A stretch of DNA of 64,000 bases from assembly GCA_964584335.1 (NCBI GenBank), contig CAZOZN010000004.1:1-64000 (forward strand), written 5' to 3'. Under the pieces are notes generated by a model. That model was not told the origin of the DNA and searched no databases. It saw only the letters and a program-made list of their open reading frames with translations. The first letter of the stretch is position 1; each line of letters begins with the position of its first letter. The DNA comes from an uncultured archaeon (GTDB lineage Archaea > Aenigmatarchaeota > Aenigmatarchaeia > PWEA01 > JAGHBM01). The position numbers and the translations under genes are program-made. Shown one piece after another: positions 29,117-39,416 of the stretch.

Positions 29117-29713
29117 ATGGAATTTTATGATAATATAGCAAAAAGCTGGTACAACATAAGGCACTGGACAATATTCAGAGAAGAACTTGAAGAGCTTAAC
29201 AATAATTGGAAAAGAGGAAAAATCCTGAACTTGGGTTGCGCACACGGTGCTGATTTCTTGCCCTTTTCAAAAAGTTTTGATTTTTTTGGTTTGGATTCCT
29301 CCAAAGAGCTTGTAAAATTATCCATAAAATATGCAGAAAAAAACAATATTATTTTTCATAACGTTGTTGGCGACATGAAAAAAATACCCTTCAAGAAAAA
29401 ATCATTTGACTATGTAATTTCTATTGCTTCATTACACCATCTTCTTAAAAGAGAAGAAAGGCTAAAAACACTAAATGAAATAAACAGAGTAATGAAAAAG
29501 GAAGGTTTTGTAACTGTCTGGGACAGAGAAAATCCCAGTCTTCCTCCCGGGAATATTATAACAAAAGAATGGAACAAGTCGGGCAAAATATTAAAAAGAG
29601 AATATTATATTTACAGTAAGGAGGAACTCGAAGAAGATCTGGCTAATGCCGGTTTTAAATATAAAATTACTTCTGACGGCTATAACCTTATGGCAAAAAT
29701 AAAACTTAAATAG
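29117..29713 (+). CDS. Class I SAM methyltransferase, Trm9/ALKBH8-like
   Basis: FYDNIAKSW..R, LNLGCAHG, SFDYVISIASLHHL..R...L.E..RV, VTVW; divergent from elp3. Confidence 0.8.
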   Translation: MEFYDNIAKSWYNIRHWTIFREELEELNNNWKRGKILNLGCAHGADFLPFSKSFDFFGLDSSKELVKLSIKYAEKNNIIFHNVVGDMKKIPFKKKSFDYVISIASLHHLLKREERLKTLNEINRVMKKEGFVTVWDRENPSLPPGNIITKEWNKSGKILKREYYIYSKEELEEDLANAGFKYKITSDGYNLMAKIKLK

Positions 29714-29836
29714 AATTTAAACCCTTTAATAATTGGTGAGACATATGAATGGTGAATTAGTTCATCTTTGAAGAGATTTTTTCTAGTTTTGCCTATAAAT
29801 TTTATAATAAGGGAACCCAAAATAAAGGTGATTGTT

Positions 29837-31123
29837 ATGAGTGATGATTTTCAGCCGTTAAAAGGAACAAGAGATTTTCTACCAGAGGAGAAGATAAAAA
29901 GACAGAAAATTTTGGATGTTCTTGTTAAGACTTTTGAAGAGTTTGGTTTTTCTCCTATAGAAACACCTGCAATAGAGACTTGGGAAATGGCTACAAAGAA
30001 AGGCAGTTCAGAATCCGGTACAGATGTTTACAAGGAAATATACAGGTTCAGGGACCAGGGAGAAAGAGAACTTACTTTGAGATACGAGCTTACCTTTCCT
30101 CTGGCACGATTAGTTGCGGCAAATCCCCAGATACCTAAACCTTTTAAAAGGTATCAGATAGGAAAAGTTTGGAGGGATGGTCCGGTAAAGTCCGGCCGTT
30201 ACAGGGAATTTTGGCAGTGCGATGTTGATACAGTTGGTTCAGAATCCCTGATAACTGATGCCGAGTTTTTGGCTATGTATACCAAAGTTTTTGAAAGGCT
30301 CGGCCTGGAAGTGGTAATAAAAGTAAACGATAGAAGATTCTTGGATGGCATGCTTTCTTTTGCCGGAATAGACAGTGATAAAAGAACAGATATGATGATT
30401 TCTCTTGACAAAATTGAAAAGATTGGCGAGGAAGGTGTTTTTGAGGAAGCAATTGGTAGAGGAATAGAAAGAGAAAAGGTAGAAAGGGTATTTTACTTGC
30501 TTAAGAACGTAAAAGAGATAGATAACCAGAAGGCAAAAAATTCTTTGCAAGAATTAGAAAAGATGATTGGTTATGCGGAGCTAATGGGTGCTAAGGATAT
30601 AGAGTTTGTACCAAGTCTTACTAGAGGTCTTTCTTACTACACGGGCCCTGTTTTTGAGGTTTTCTTAAAGAGCGGTAAATTATCATCTTCTCTTGCAGGA
30701 GGTGGAAGATGGAACAATATGATAAGTGAATTCATGAATTCTGAAAAAAACATTCCGGCTGTTGGTACATCATTTGGCCTGGATACTATTTATGATGCCT
30801 TGAATTTGGAGGGAAAAATAGATAAGGAGAAAACAGTTACTGATGTTTTTGTCATACCAATAAAAACACAGAGGGAATGTATTTCAATTGTTCAAGAACT
30901 CAGAGCTCTTGGTGTAAGAGCTGATATGGATGTTATGGATAGAAATATAAGCAAAAACCTTAGTCACGCAAACTCTCTAGGAATACCTTACTGTATAATA
31001 TTGGGACAAAGAGAACTCGAGAAGAGCTCGGTAAATCTAAGGGATATGAATACAGGCAGAGAGACTTTAATAAGTTTCGAGGACCTTAAGAAAGAAATAA
31101 AAAACTTAAGAAACAGTAGTTAG
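29837..31123 (+). CDS. hisS: Histidyl-tRNA synthetase
   Basis: KGTRDF, LRYELT, GRYREFWQCDVD, RGLSYYTG, GGGRW. ATG 29837 with SD AGGTGA is preferred over TTG 29768. Confidence 0.97.
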   Translation: MSDDFQPLKGTRDFLPEEKIKRQKILDVLVKTFEEFGFSPIETPAIETWEMATKKGSSESGTDVYKEIYRFRDQGERELTLRYELTFPLARLVAANPQIPKPFKRYQIGKVWRDGPVKSGRYREFWQCDVDTVGSESLITDAEFLAMYTKVFERLGLEVVIKVNDRRFLDGMLSFAGIDSDKRTDMMISLDKIEKIGEEGVFEEAIGRGIEREKVERVFYLLKNVKEIDNQKAKNSLQELEKMIGYAELMGAKDIEFVPSLTRGLSYYTGPVFEVFLKSGKLSSSLAGGGRWNNMISEFMNSEKNIPAVGTSFGLDTIYDALNLEGKIDKEKTVTDVFVIPIKTQRECISIVQELRALGVRADMDVMDRNISKNLSHANSLGIPYCIILGQRELEKSSVNLRDMNTGRETLISFEDLKKEIKNLRNSS

Positions 31124-31134
31124 TTAAGAAAAAT

Positions 31135-31265
31135 GGCTGCGGTGGTGTAGTGGTTAGCATAGGAGCCTGTGGAAGGACCTTTTGCTCGGTGTAAAACGTC
31201 CACGAAAATTGGATTGGTCCGGCGGAAAGCTTCTGGCCCGGGTTCGAATCCCGGCCGCGGCCCCA
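31135..31265 (+). tRNA. tRNA-His(GUG) with 55-nt intron (31173-31227, position 37/38), encoded G-1, C73 and CCA
   Basis: Acceptor GCTGCGG/CCGCGGC, anticodon arm GGAGC-CTGTGG|A-GCTTC, T arm CCGGG-TTCGAAT-CCCGG; BHB helix CTGT/GCGG. Confidence 0.93.
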
Positions 31266-31294
31266 TTTATTTATTATTAAGAATCAAACTATTT

Positions 31295-31368
31295 TTGCCA
31301 TACTGCCAGCGAAGTTGGAGATGGGCCGGCGTGTCCTGCTGTGAAGTACTTTCGACTAAGTATGGCAA
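31295..31368. ncRNA. Candidate ~74-nt structured RNA between tRNA-His and the corA 3' end
   Basis: 10-bp terminal stem TTGCCATACT/AGTATGGCAA enclosing GC-rich hairpins. Confidence 0.5.
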
Positions 31369-31371
31369 CAA

Positions 31372-32274
31372 TTATATTATTTTTTTTATTTTGAAGTATA
31401 CAAGGAATAGAATCCAGATAATTGTGTTCAAAAATATTATATAGAAAAAAGCATTGGGATTGTTTTGAATCGGCAAAACTATATTCATACCATATACTCC
31501 TGATATGGCAGCCGGAATGCTTATGAATACAGTAACTATAGTCAGAAGTGTTATTATTTTGTTAAGGCGGTTTGACATTACTATCATTAGGTTGTTTCTT
31601 ATGTTTGTTATTTTCTTAAGCGATGACTTGCACAGGTTAAAACCCTCTTCTATCTCTATAATCAAGTCCTCTATGTCTTTTTCATCTCCCTCGTAGAAAT
31701 TGAGTTTCTTTACAAGTCTCCTGTAAACCATGTTTATGTGGTAATAAGATGACACTAGCTCGTTTAATCTGTCCTCATAAAAAAGCAATTCCCCCATTTC
31801 TTTTTCCGGGAGATTTTTTACTTTTCTTTTTTGTATATTAACTTTTTTTACTATATCCATTGTCTCTCTTTCGAAATATTTGTTTATGAAGGATAGCAAA
31901 TTCAGGAGACATTTCTTTTTCTGAGTAGTTATGAACCTTACTTTGTTTTCTCTTATTATATCCAAAAAGTTTGGCTTGTTTGAAGAAAGTGTAAGCACAA
32001 AATCTTTTGTTATTGTAATAAGAATAGTCGTTATGTTGCCGTTTGACATAGTCTTGAGTATGACATAAGTTTTATCTTTGTCGAATTCTACACGAGGTAT
32101 TTCGTTTTCGTCTAAACCTGAAAGCAGATTCTGTTTTTCCAGACCAAATTTCTCTTCAAGCATATTCAGTTCTTCTTCATTGGGATTTATTGCGCTTACC
32201 CAACAACCCTTGCTGAATCTATTTATTTTCTTAAGCTCCCGGTCTTTTATGGTTCTTTTAAAATATTCAATCAT
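31372..32274 (-). CDS. corA: CorA-family Mg2+ transporter
   Basis: LDENEIPRVE, LTIVT..IP..ISGVYGMN, two C-terminal TMs. Confidence 0.93.
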   Translation of the reverse strand: MIEYFKRTIKDRELKKINRFSKGCWVSAINPNEEELNMLEEKFGLEKQNLLSGLDENEIPRVEFDKDKTYVILKTMSNGNITTILITITKDFVLTLSSNKPNFLDIIRENKVRFITTQKKKCLLNLLSFINKYFERETMDIVKKVNIQKRKVKNLPEKEMGELLFYEDRLNELVSSYYHINMVYRRLVKKLNFYEGDEKDIEDLIIEIEEGFNLCKSSLKKITNIRNNLMIVMSNRLNKIITLLTIVTVFISIPAAISGVYGMNIVLPIQNNPNAFFYIIFLNTIIWILFLVYFKIKKII

Positions 32275-32322
32275 GTTAATACTTTGTGAAAATAATATAA
32301 AAAATAAAACACTACCTTAATC

Positions 32323-32703
32323 ATGAAGCATTTACCTTCTCCAGGGAAAGACTCTCTTTTTTACGAGGACAAAAAATTATATGCTTGTTTGGCAAGTTAT
32401 CCAGTCACAAGGGGTCATTCTGTGGTAGTATGGAAGGAAAAAAAGAAAGATTTACACCTTCTTTCAATAAAGGATTACGAATACCTTATGGACAAGGTAG
32501 ATGAAATTAGAAATGCCATACTCAAGACATTGAAATTGGATAAAGTATACCTTATTTATATGGACGAGGTTAAGCAGGTTCATTGGCATCTAGTCCCCCG
32601 GTACAACGAGAAGGGCTTTAATGTTTTTAGGCACGAACCCGAAAGAATCCAAGACTTCTCTCTCGCTGATAAAATAAAGAAAAATCTAAGCAGGCTGCAA
32701 TAA
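32323..32703 (+). CDS. HIT family hydrolase
   Basis: YPVTRGHSVV, QVHWHLVPRY. Confidence 0.88.
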   Translation: MKHLPSPGKDSLFYEDKKLYACLASYPVTRGHSVVVWKEKKKDLHLLSIKDYEYLMDKVDEIRNAILKTLKLDKVYLIYMDEVKQVHWHLVPRYNEKGFNVFRHEPERIQDFSLADKIKKNLSRLQ

Positions 32704-32880
32704 TTTAGCAAGTTTTGGCCGAAAAGTATTTATACCTATCATATCATTATAATAACACCATACCAACTGGCGAGGTTGGAGGTAGGCTACGTCTCTCATT
32801 TGTAGAGACTTCTTTATGCCTATTACAGTGAAAAACCACATTCCTGGTATGGATTAAATGTTGGATATTGTTTATAATAT

Positions 32881-32949
32881 CTGATTGTCTAAAACTGAAT
32901 TTCGTTTTAGTTAAATCTAAAAAGTAGGCGAAATTTTGTTGAGTAAGTA
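32881..32949 (+). other. Pre-16S processing stem 5' arm (pairs with 34495-34549, BHB-like motif)
   Basis: CTGATTGTCTAAAACTG/CAGTTTTAGACAATCAG, ATCTAAAAAG/CTTTTTAGAT, and GGCG/CGCC flanked by bulges. Confidence 0.85.
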
Positions 32950-32986
32950 AGTGTGCAAGCAAAAAGACAATTCTCTTTGCGATCTA

Positions 32987-34490
<1,504 letters not shown>

Positions 34491-34584
34491 AATATATTTA
34501 TTCGACAAAACGCCATTGCTTTTTAGATAAAGCAGTTTTAGACAATCAGCTAAACTTTTTATATAGTAAAATTGAATTTTTCTT

Positions 34585-35559
34585 ATGGACGAGAGTTTAA
34601 AGAATATCACATCCTGGATAAAGAAGCACAAGTTACTTTCTTTAATAGTTCTTTTTGCTGTTTTGATAATAGGTTTCTTTTCACTTTCGTTCTTTGGTAC
34701 TTCTTATCAAATGGCTAGCTCACCCGATATGTTAGGTGTTTCCAGGTCTATGGAAATGTCTGATTCCTGGAATGCTCCTGCCATGGCTGAAGGAAAGTCC
34801 GGAGGAATATCTTTCGAAGAGCAACATTCTTCTCAAAATGCGGACGAATATCAGATAAGAGAAGGGTCTGTCTCTATAGAAACCGATAATACCCAGAGAG
34901 ATTATAACGAAATAAAAAATAATGCCGAAGGTTACGGCGGATGGGTAGAAACCATAAGCAAGAGCGAAACCTATAAGACTATTACAATTAGTGCCACTCT
35001 TAAAGTTCCTTCAGATGACTTTGACAAATTTTCTGAGTGGGTTTTGAATAATTTTGATGTGAAAAACAGCAACTTAAGACTTTACAGAATAAGTGTCGAG
35101 AGACAACAGGATGAGATAGAGATATTACAGAAAACTCTGGATTCTTACGACAACCTTTTTGATAAAGCATCTTCAATGGAACTCAGCGTTGACGGTATAG
35201 AGCTTATGGACAGGCTTACTCAGAAGAAACTTTACACTATGCGCCAATTAAGAAACTACGGATATTCAGTTAGCAATGTCCAGGAGAGGTCTGATTATTC
35301 TACTCTGAGAGTTTCTTTGACAGAGAAGAAAGAGATAGAATTGATGCCCGAGGACCTGGGAAGAGAATTGATGTCAAAGTTAAGAGAGTCAATAAGAAAG
35401 ATAACTAACGCGCTTCTGGACCTTATTACTGTACCAGTTGTAGTATTTGTAGAGCTTATAGTTTGGGTGGTTTACGCTATAGTGATTATAATACCTCTTT
35501 TCATAATAGGCAAGATAATAATTAAGTTACTTAAAATTCTTAACAAGAAAATAAAGTAA
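34585..35559 (+). CDS. DUF4349-like membrane protein
   Basis: N-terminal TM, IREGSVSIE..GGWV..LKVPS..F, coiled coil, YSTLRVSL, C-terminal hydrophobic helices. Confidence 0.8.
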   Translation: MDESLKNITSWIKKHKLLSLIVLFAVLIIGFFSLSFFGTSYQMASSPDMLGVSRSMEMSDSWNAPAMAEGKSGGISFEEQHSSQNADEYQIREGSVSIETDNTQRDYNEIKNNAEGYGGWVETISKSETYKTITISATLKVPSDDFDKFSEWVLNNFDVKNSNLRLYRISVERQQDEIEILQKTLDSYDNLFDKASSMELSVDGIELMDRLTQKKLYTMRQLRNYGYSVSNVQERSDYSTLRVSLTEKKEIELMPEDLGRELMSKLRESIRKITNALLDLITVPVVVFVELIVWVVYAIVIIIPLFIIGKIIIKLLKILNKKIK

Positions 35560-35602
35560 TTATAAAAATAAAAAAAGAGGATAAAAAATAAACAATTGAT
35601 TA

Positions 35603-35698
35603 TTATTTTTTCTTTTTCTTTGTAGTCTTTTTCTTAGTCTTTTTTGCAGGGGATTTCTTTACAGTCTTCTTTTTTGCAGACTTCTTCTTACAGGCCAT
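35603..35698 (-). CDS. 31-aa lysine-rich (histone H1-like) micropeptide MACKKKSAKKKTVKKSPAKKTKKKTTKKKKK
   Basis: SD AAGGAGGT 6 nt before the ATG; clean ORF; below the ORF-track cutoff. Confidence 0.7.
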   Translation of the reverse strand: MACKKKSAKKKTVKKSPAKKTKKKTTKKKKK

Positions 35699-35840
35699 GG
35701 GCTAACCTCCTTTTGTTTTAATTCAATATCAAGAAAACCATAATAAAAAGTTATCTTTTAATAAGCTCTTAAAAAACGTTTTAAGAAAAAAATTAAAAAT
35801 AAAAAATAATCAAGGTAGATTTGAAAAAAATTATTTAAAA

Positions 35841-35882
35841 TTATTTTTTACTTTTCTTTTTCTTTTTTCCTTTTCCTGCCAA
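35841..35882 (-). CDS. 13-aa basic micropeptide MAGKGKKKKKSKK (TTG start)
   Basis: SD GGAGGTGA 5 nt before the TTG; TTTAAATA box upstream. Confidence 0.5.
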   Translation of the reverse strand: MAGKGKKKKKSKK

Positions 35883-36011
35883 CCCGCTCACCTCCGAACG
35901 AATACGATTCTAATTAAAAAAATCTTTATTTAAAGCTATCAGATAAAAGGAAAGGAAATGCCTTATTTTTTAAAAATAAAAAGCAAGGGCCTAAGCCCAA
36001 AATAATTTTTA

Positions 36012-36098
36012 TTACTCATCTTCGAAGTCTTCTTCATCATCAAATTCTTCGTCATCCCATTCATCATCGTCGAAAACAAAATTTCCAATGACAACCAT
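36012..36098 (-). CDS. 28-aa acidic micropeptide MVVIGNFVFDDDEWDDEEFDDEEDFEDE
   Basis: SD GGGAGGT; clean ORF followed by TAATAA. Confidence 0.65.
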   Translation of the reverse strand: MVVIGNFVFDDDEWDDEEFDDEEDFEDE

Positions 36099-36226
36099 CA
36101 CACTAACCTCCCAGCTTTTACAATATCTAAATAATACAGCGAATATTTATACTTTAACAACTCTTTAAAAACGGCGCAAATAACCGATAAACAGCCGATT
36201 TAAAATAGAAAAATTGCACTTAAGTT

Positions 36227-36409
36227 TTATTTTCTCTCTGGTATAACTAGCCATGCGATAAGATAGGCCAGAAGACCGCTACCGTAGCCCAGTATGAAAA
36301 AAATCCAAATTATTCTTACTATTACAGGGTCTATATCAAAATACTCTCCTATACCACCACAGACACCAGCAACCATTCTTTCTTTTTTTGAACGATAAAG
36401 TCTTTTCAT
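36227..36409 (-). CDS. pspC: PspC domain protein
   Basis: KRLYRS...MVAGVCGGIGEYFDIDPVIVR...AYLIAWLVIP. Confidence 0.93.
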   Translation of the reverse strand: MKRLYRSKKERMVAGVCGGIGEYFDIDPVIVRIIWIFFILGYGSGLLAYLIAWLVIPERK

Positions 36410-36458
36410 TGCAATAATTTTTAACTTTAATATTTAAGTAATTAATTCAAATTAATCT

Positions 36459-36938
36459 TTGGTGTTGTTTTTGAAGATAAACGACAAGAAAATAATGGAG
36501 CTAGGGGAAAATTTGATAGCTCCTTTCAATCCAGATTTTTTAACTCCCAACGGTTACGACCTCTCTATAAATGAGGTTCAGATAGGTGAAAAAATATTTA
36601 AATTGAATGAAGGAGACATCAAAATACCTCCCAATACTTTTTTTAGGGTAATGACTAGGGAGAAGGTAAAGATACCGGATGATATGATAGCTGAGCTCTG
36701 GCTGAGAAGTACCTATGCAAGAAAAGGAGTCCAGGCAACTTTTGGTCTTGTGGATGCCGGTTTTGAGGGCACGCTCGCACTGAGCCTTTTCAACTCCTCA
36801 GACAAAACCATTATAATAAAAAAAGATGAAAAGCCGACTGTTTGCCAAATTGTTTTTGAAAAGATTTCTGGGCCATCAGATACAAGTTATGATAAGAGAA
36901 GCGGAAACTATCAGAACCAAAGCACATTCAGGAGCTGA
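36459..36938 (+). CDS. dcd: dCTP deaminase / trimeric dUTPase family
   Basis: PNGYDL, LRSTYARKG, VDAGFEGTL, CQIVF, Y...SGNYQNQ; exact start uncertain. Confidence 0.88.
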   Translation: MVLFLKINDKKIMELGENLIAPFNPDFLTPNGYDLSINEVQIGEKIFKLNEGDIKIPPNTFFRVMTREKVKIPDDMIAELWLRSTYARKGVQATFGLVDAGFEGTLALSLFNSSDKTIIIKKDEKPTVCQIVFEKISGPSDTSYDKRSGNYQNQSTFRS

Positions 36939-36980
36939 ATAATACTATACTTTTAATAATTAAGTTTATCAGATGATTTT

Positions 36981-37787
36981 ATGAAGAAAAAAACGGATAG
37001 AGTTATCGAAGTTAAAAATCTTAAAAAGAAATTTAAGGACCTTGTTGCTGTTGATGATATTTCCTTTTCCGTTAAAAGGGGAGAAATGTTTGCTTTTCTT
37101 GGTCCCAACGGTGCAGGAAAGTCTACTACCATAAAGATTCTGACTACTATACTGAACCCAAACAAGGGAACTATAAAAGTTAACAATTACGATGCAATTA
37201 AACAGAGAGATTCTGTTAGGAAATCTATAGGTGTAATATTCCAGGACCACACTCTTGATGACGACCTTACGGCATTTGAAAACATGGTATATCACGCAGT
37301 TTTGTATAAGATACCTAAGAAACAAAGAGAGAAAAAAATAAATGATATGTTGAATTATGTGGATCTTTTTGATAGAAAAGATGACTTGGTAAAGACCTTC
37401 TCGGGCGGAATGAAAAGAAGATTAGAGATAGCCAGAGGACTTTTACATTCACCTGAAATTTTGTTTCTTGATGAGCCTACATTGGGATTGGATGTTCAGA
37501 CTAGGAATTTTCTTTGGGAATATGTTGAAAAAATGAACAAGGAAAACAACCTAACGGTGTTTTTTACAACTCATAACATGGAAGAGGCTGAAAAAGTAGC
37601 GACCAGAATTGCAATAATTGACAGGGGTGAAATACTTTCTAACGGCACTTCTGGTGAGATTAAAAGAAGTACTAAAACAAAGTCTCTTGAGAAAGCTTTT
37701 TTGAGCTTGACTGGTTATAACATAAGAAAACAATCCGCCGGAAACTTGGATAGGATGAGGAATGTAAGGAGGATGAGGCATGCTTGA
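36981..37787 (+). CDS. ABC-2 exporter ATPase (DrrA-like)
   Basis: GPNGAGKST, FSGGMKRRLEIA, LFLDEPT, TTH. Confidence 0.95.
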   Translation: MKKKTDRVIEVKNLKKKFKDLVAVDDISFSVKRGEMFAFLGPNGAGKSTTIKILTTILNPNKGTIKVNNYDAIKQRDSVRKSIGVIFQDHTLDDDLTAFENMVYHAVLYKIPKKQREKKINDMLNYVDLFDRKDDLVKTFSGGMKRRLEIARGLLHSPEILFLDEPTLGLDVQTRNFLWEYVEKMNKENNLTVFFTTHNMEEAEKVATRIAIIDRGEILSNGTSGEIKRSTKTKSLEKAFLSLTGYNIRKQSAGNLDRMRNVRRMRHA

Positions 37788-38529
37788 AGAAATTTACGTT
37801 ATGTGGAGAAGACAAGTCAAACAGTTCCTGCGTTCAAAACCCAGATTAATAGGTTCCATAGCTCAGCCCATATTATTCTTAGTTGCAATGGGTCTTGGCT
37901 TCGGACCTGTCTTTGAGCAGGCAGGCGCGGGCAATTACATTCAGTTCTTGGCCCCCGGAATAGTTACAATGACGATACTTTTTGGTTCTCTTTTTAACGG
38001 AATATCATTGATTTGGGACAAGAATTTCGGTTTTCTCAAGGAAACATTAGTTGCACCGGTCTCAAGGACAAATATACTCATAGGAAGATGTGTTGGAGGA
38101 GCCACTGCGGCTCTCTTTCAAGCAGCTGTTGTATTATTGATAAGCTACTCAATAGGGTTTAGAATAATTAATTTTTATCTGCTCCCGTTTTTCATTATAT
38201 TTGCCTTCATGGTAGCTCTTGTTTTCAACCTTTTCGGTACTATAATTGCTTCAAAACTTGATGATATGCAGGCTTTCCCTCTTGTTATGAACTTTGTTGT
38301 AATGCCTCTTTTCTTTTTGTCAGGAGCTTTGTTTCCTATTGAGAACTTCCCTGAACCTGTTCTTACACTTGCCAAATTGAATCCCCTTTCGTATGGAGTT
38401 GATGGAATAAGATATTTGTTGATTGGCCAGAACAGCTTTTCACCAGTTATAGATTTTTCTGTTATTTTTGTTTCCATAGTAGTGTTGCTTGCTTTGGGTA
38501 ACTACTTCTTCAAGAAAATAGAACCATAA
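37780..38529 (+). CDS. ABC-2 exporter permease (DrrB-like)
   Basis: YIQFLAPG, GFLKETLVAP, FLSGALFP, NPLSYGVD. Confidence 0.95.
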   Translation: MLEEIYVMWRRQVKQFLRSKPRLIGSIAQPILFLVAMGLGFGPVFEQAGAGNYIQFLAPGIVTMTILFGSLFNGISLIWDKNFGFLKETLVAPVSRTNILIGRCVGGATAALFQAAVVLLISYSIGFRIINFYLLPFFIIFAFMVALVFNLFGTIIASKLDDMQAFPLVMNFVVMPLFFLSGALFPIENFPEPVLTLAKLNPLSYGVDGIRYLLIGQNSFSPVIDFSVIFVSIVVLLALGNYFFKKIEP

Positions 38530-39321
38530 CTATTCAGGTACACAGCATATATTTGGCGATATAAACCCTACCACATTACCGGCATTGGTTTCGTTTTCTC
38601 TGCATGTTTCACCGCCTACTATGTTCACGTTTCTTCCCCCTAAAGTTTCACATTCTTGTGGAGACAATGCATTATCTTCCTCTTCACATACACCAATTGT
38701 CCAGTATTCCGATTCATCGGCACAAGCCTGACAACCGTTTCCATAAGTCTTTGATTCCCCTTCCTTGAAGCCACACACAGGTGCGTATTCCAAGGTACAT
38801 ATTTCAGCATTTTTTTCTTCTTCAGTACATACATGCATGTTAACACTCTTTTCTGAAATTGTCCAGTTATTCAAATATAATGTGATTATGTCTCCGTCTA
38901 CACCTTTTTCTATTTTTACAGAGAAACATCCCGGACAGCGAGCTGTTAAAACTTCTAGTATTGTAGTACCGTAACTTCTTCCTGTATAGTCAACTGCTAT
39001 TTTTGCGGCTTTTTTCTGGCTTGAATCAAGCTCCCATTCTCTTAAGCAAGCTCCAATACTTTCATTCCAGGAATATCCTGCCGTACCAAGACAGCCGTGT
39101 TCGTCCCTTTCTCCTCCAATATTTTGGTTATTTTCTATTACCTGTGTGAAAGTTTTACCATCCGGTATTCTACACTGCGCAGGATAGCTTTCCATTACAG
39201 GGTAACCTGCTGCAACACATTCCTCGAAGCTGTTTATTTCTTCTGCTTCAACACAGCCCGAAGTAAAAACAATAAAAACTATCAGTAAGCTAAATCCGAT
39301 GTAGGCAAAAATACTTTTCAT
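38530..39321 (-). CDS. Cys-rich exported (lipo)protein with Kazal-like domain
   Basis: Lipobox-like TSGC, SFEECVAAGYPVMESYP.QC, GGERDEHGC...GYSW, CTLEYAPVCG..TYGNGC.AC. Confidence 0.82.
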   Translation of the reverse strand: MKSIFAYIGFSLLIVFIVFTSGCVEAEEINSFEECVAAGYPVMESYPAQCRIPDGKTFTQVIENNQNIGGERDEHGCLGTAGYSWNESIGACLREWELDSSQKKAAKIAVDYTGRSYGTTILEVLTARCPGCFSVKIEKGVDGDIITLYLNNWTISEKSVNMHVCTEEEKNAEICTLEYAPVCGFKEGESKTYGNGCQACADESEYWTIGVCEEEDNALSPQECETLGGRNVNIVGGETCRENETNAGNVVGFISPNICCVPE

Positions 39322-39416
39322 GTAACCACCCGAGTAAATATTGATTGTTTATAATAAAATGATATCTATTTTATTCGGTTTTTTCCTAATTCAATTATTT
39401 GAGAAATATCTGATTT

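Noticed and set aside
31295-31368. HDV-like/theta ribozyme or fluoride riboswitch
   Set aside because: GGCCGGC and GGAGAUGG strings are present, but I could not build the nested pseudoknot or the riboswitch 3' motif.
31169-31444. 91-aa ORF
   Set aside because: Overlaps tRNA-His and the end of corA.
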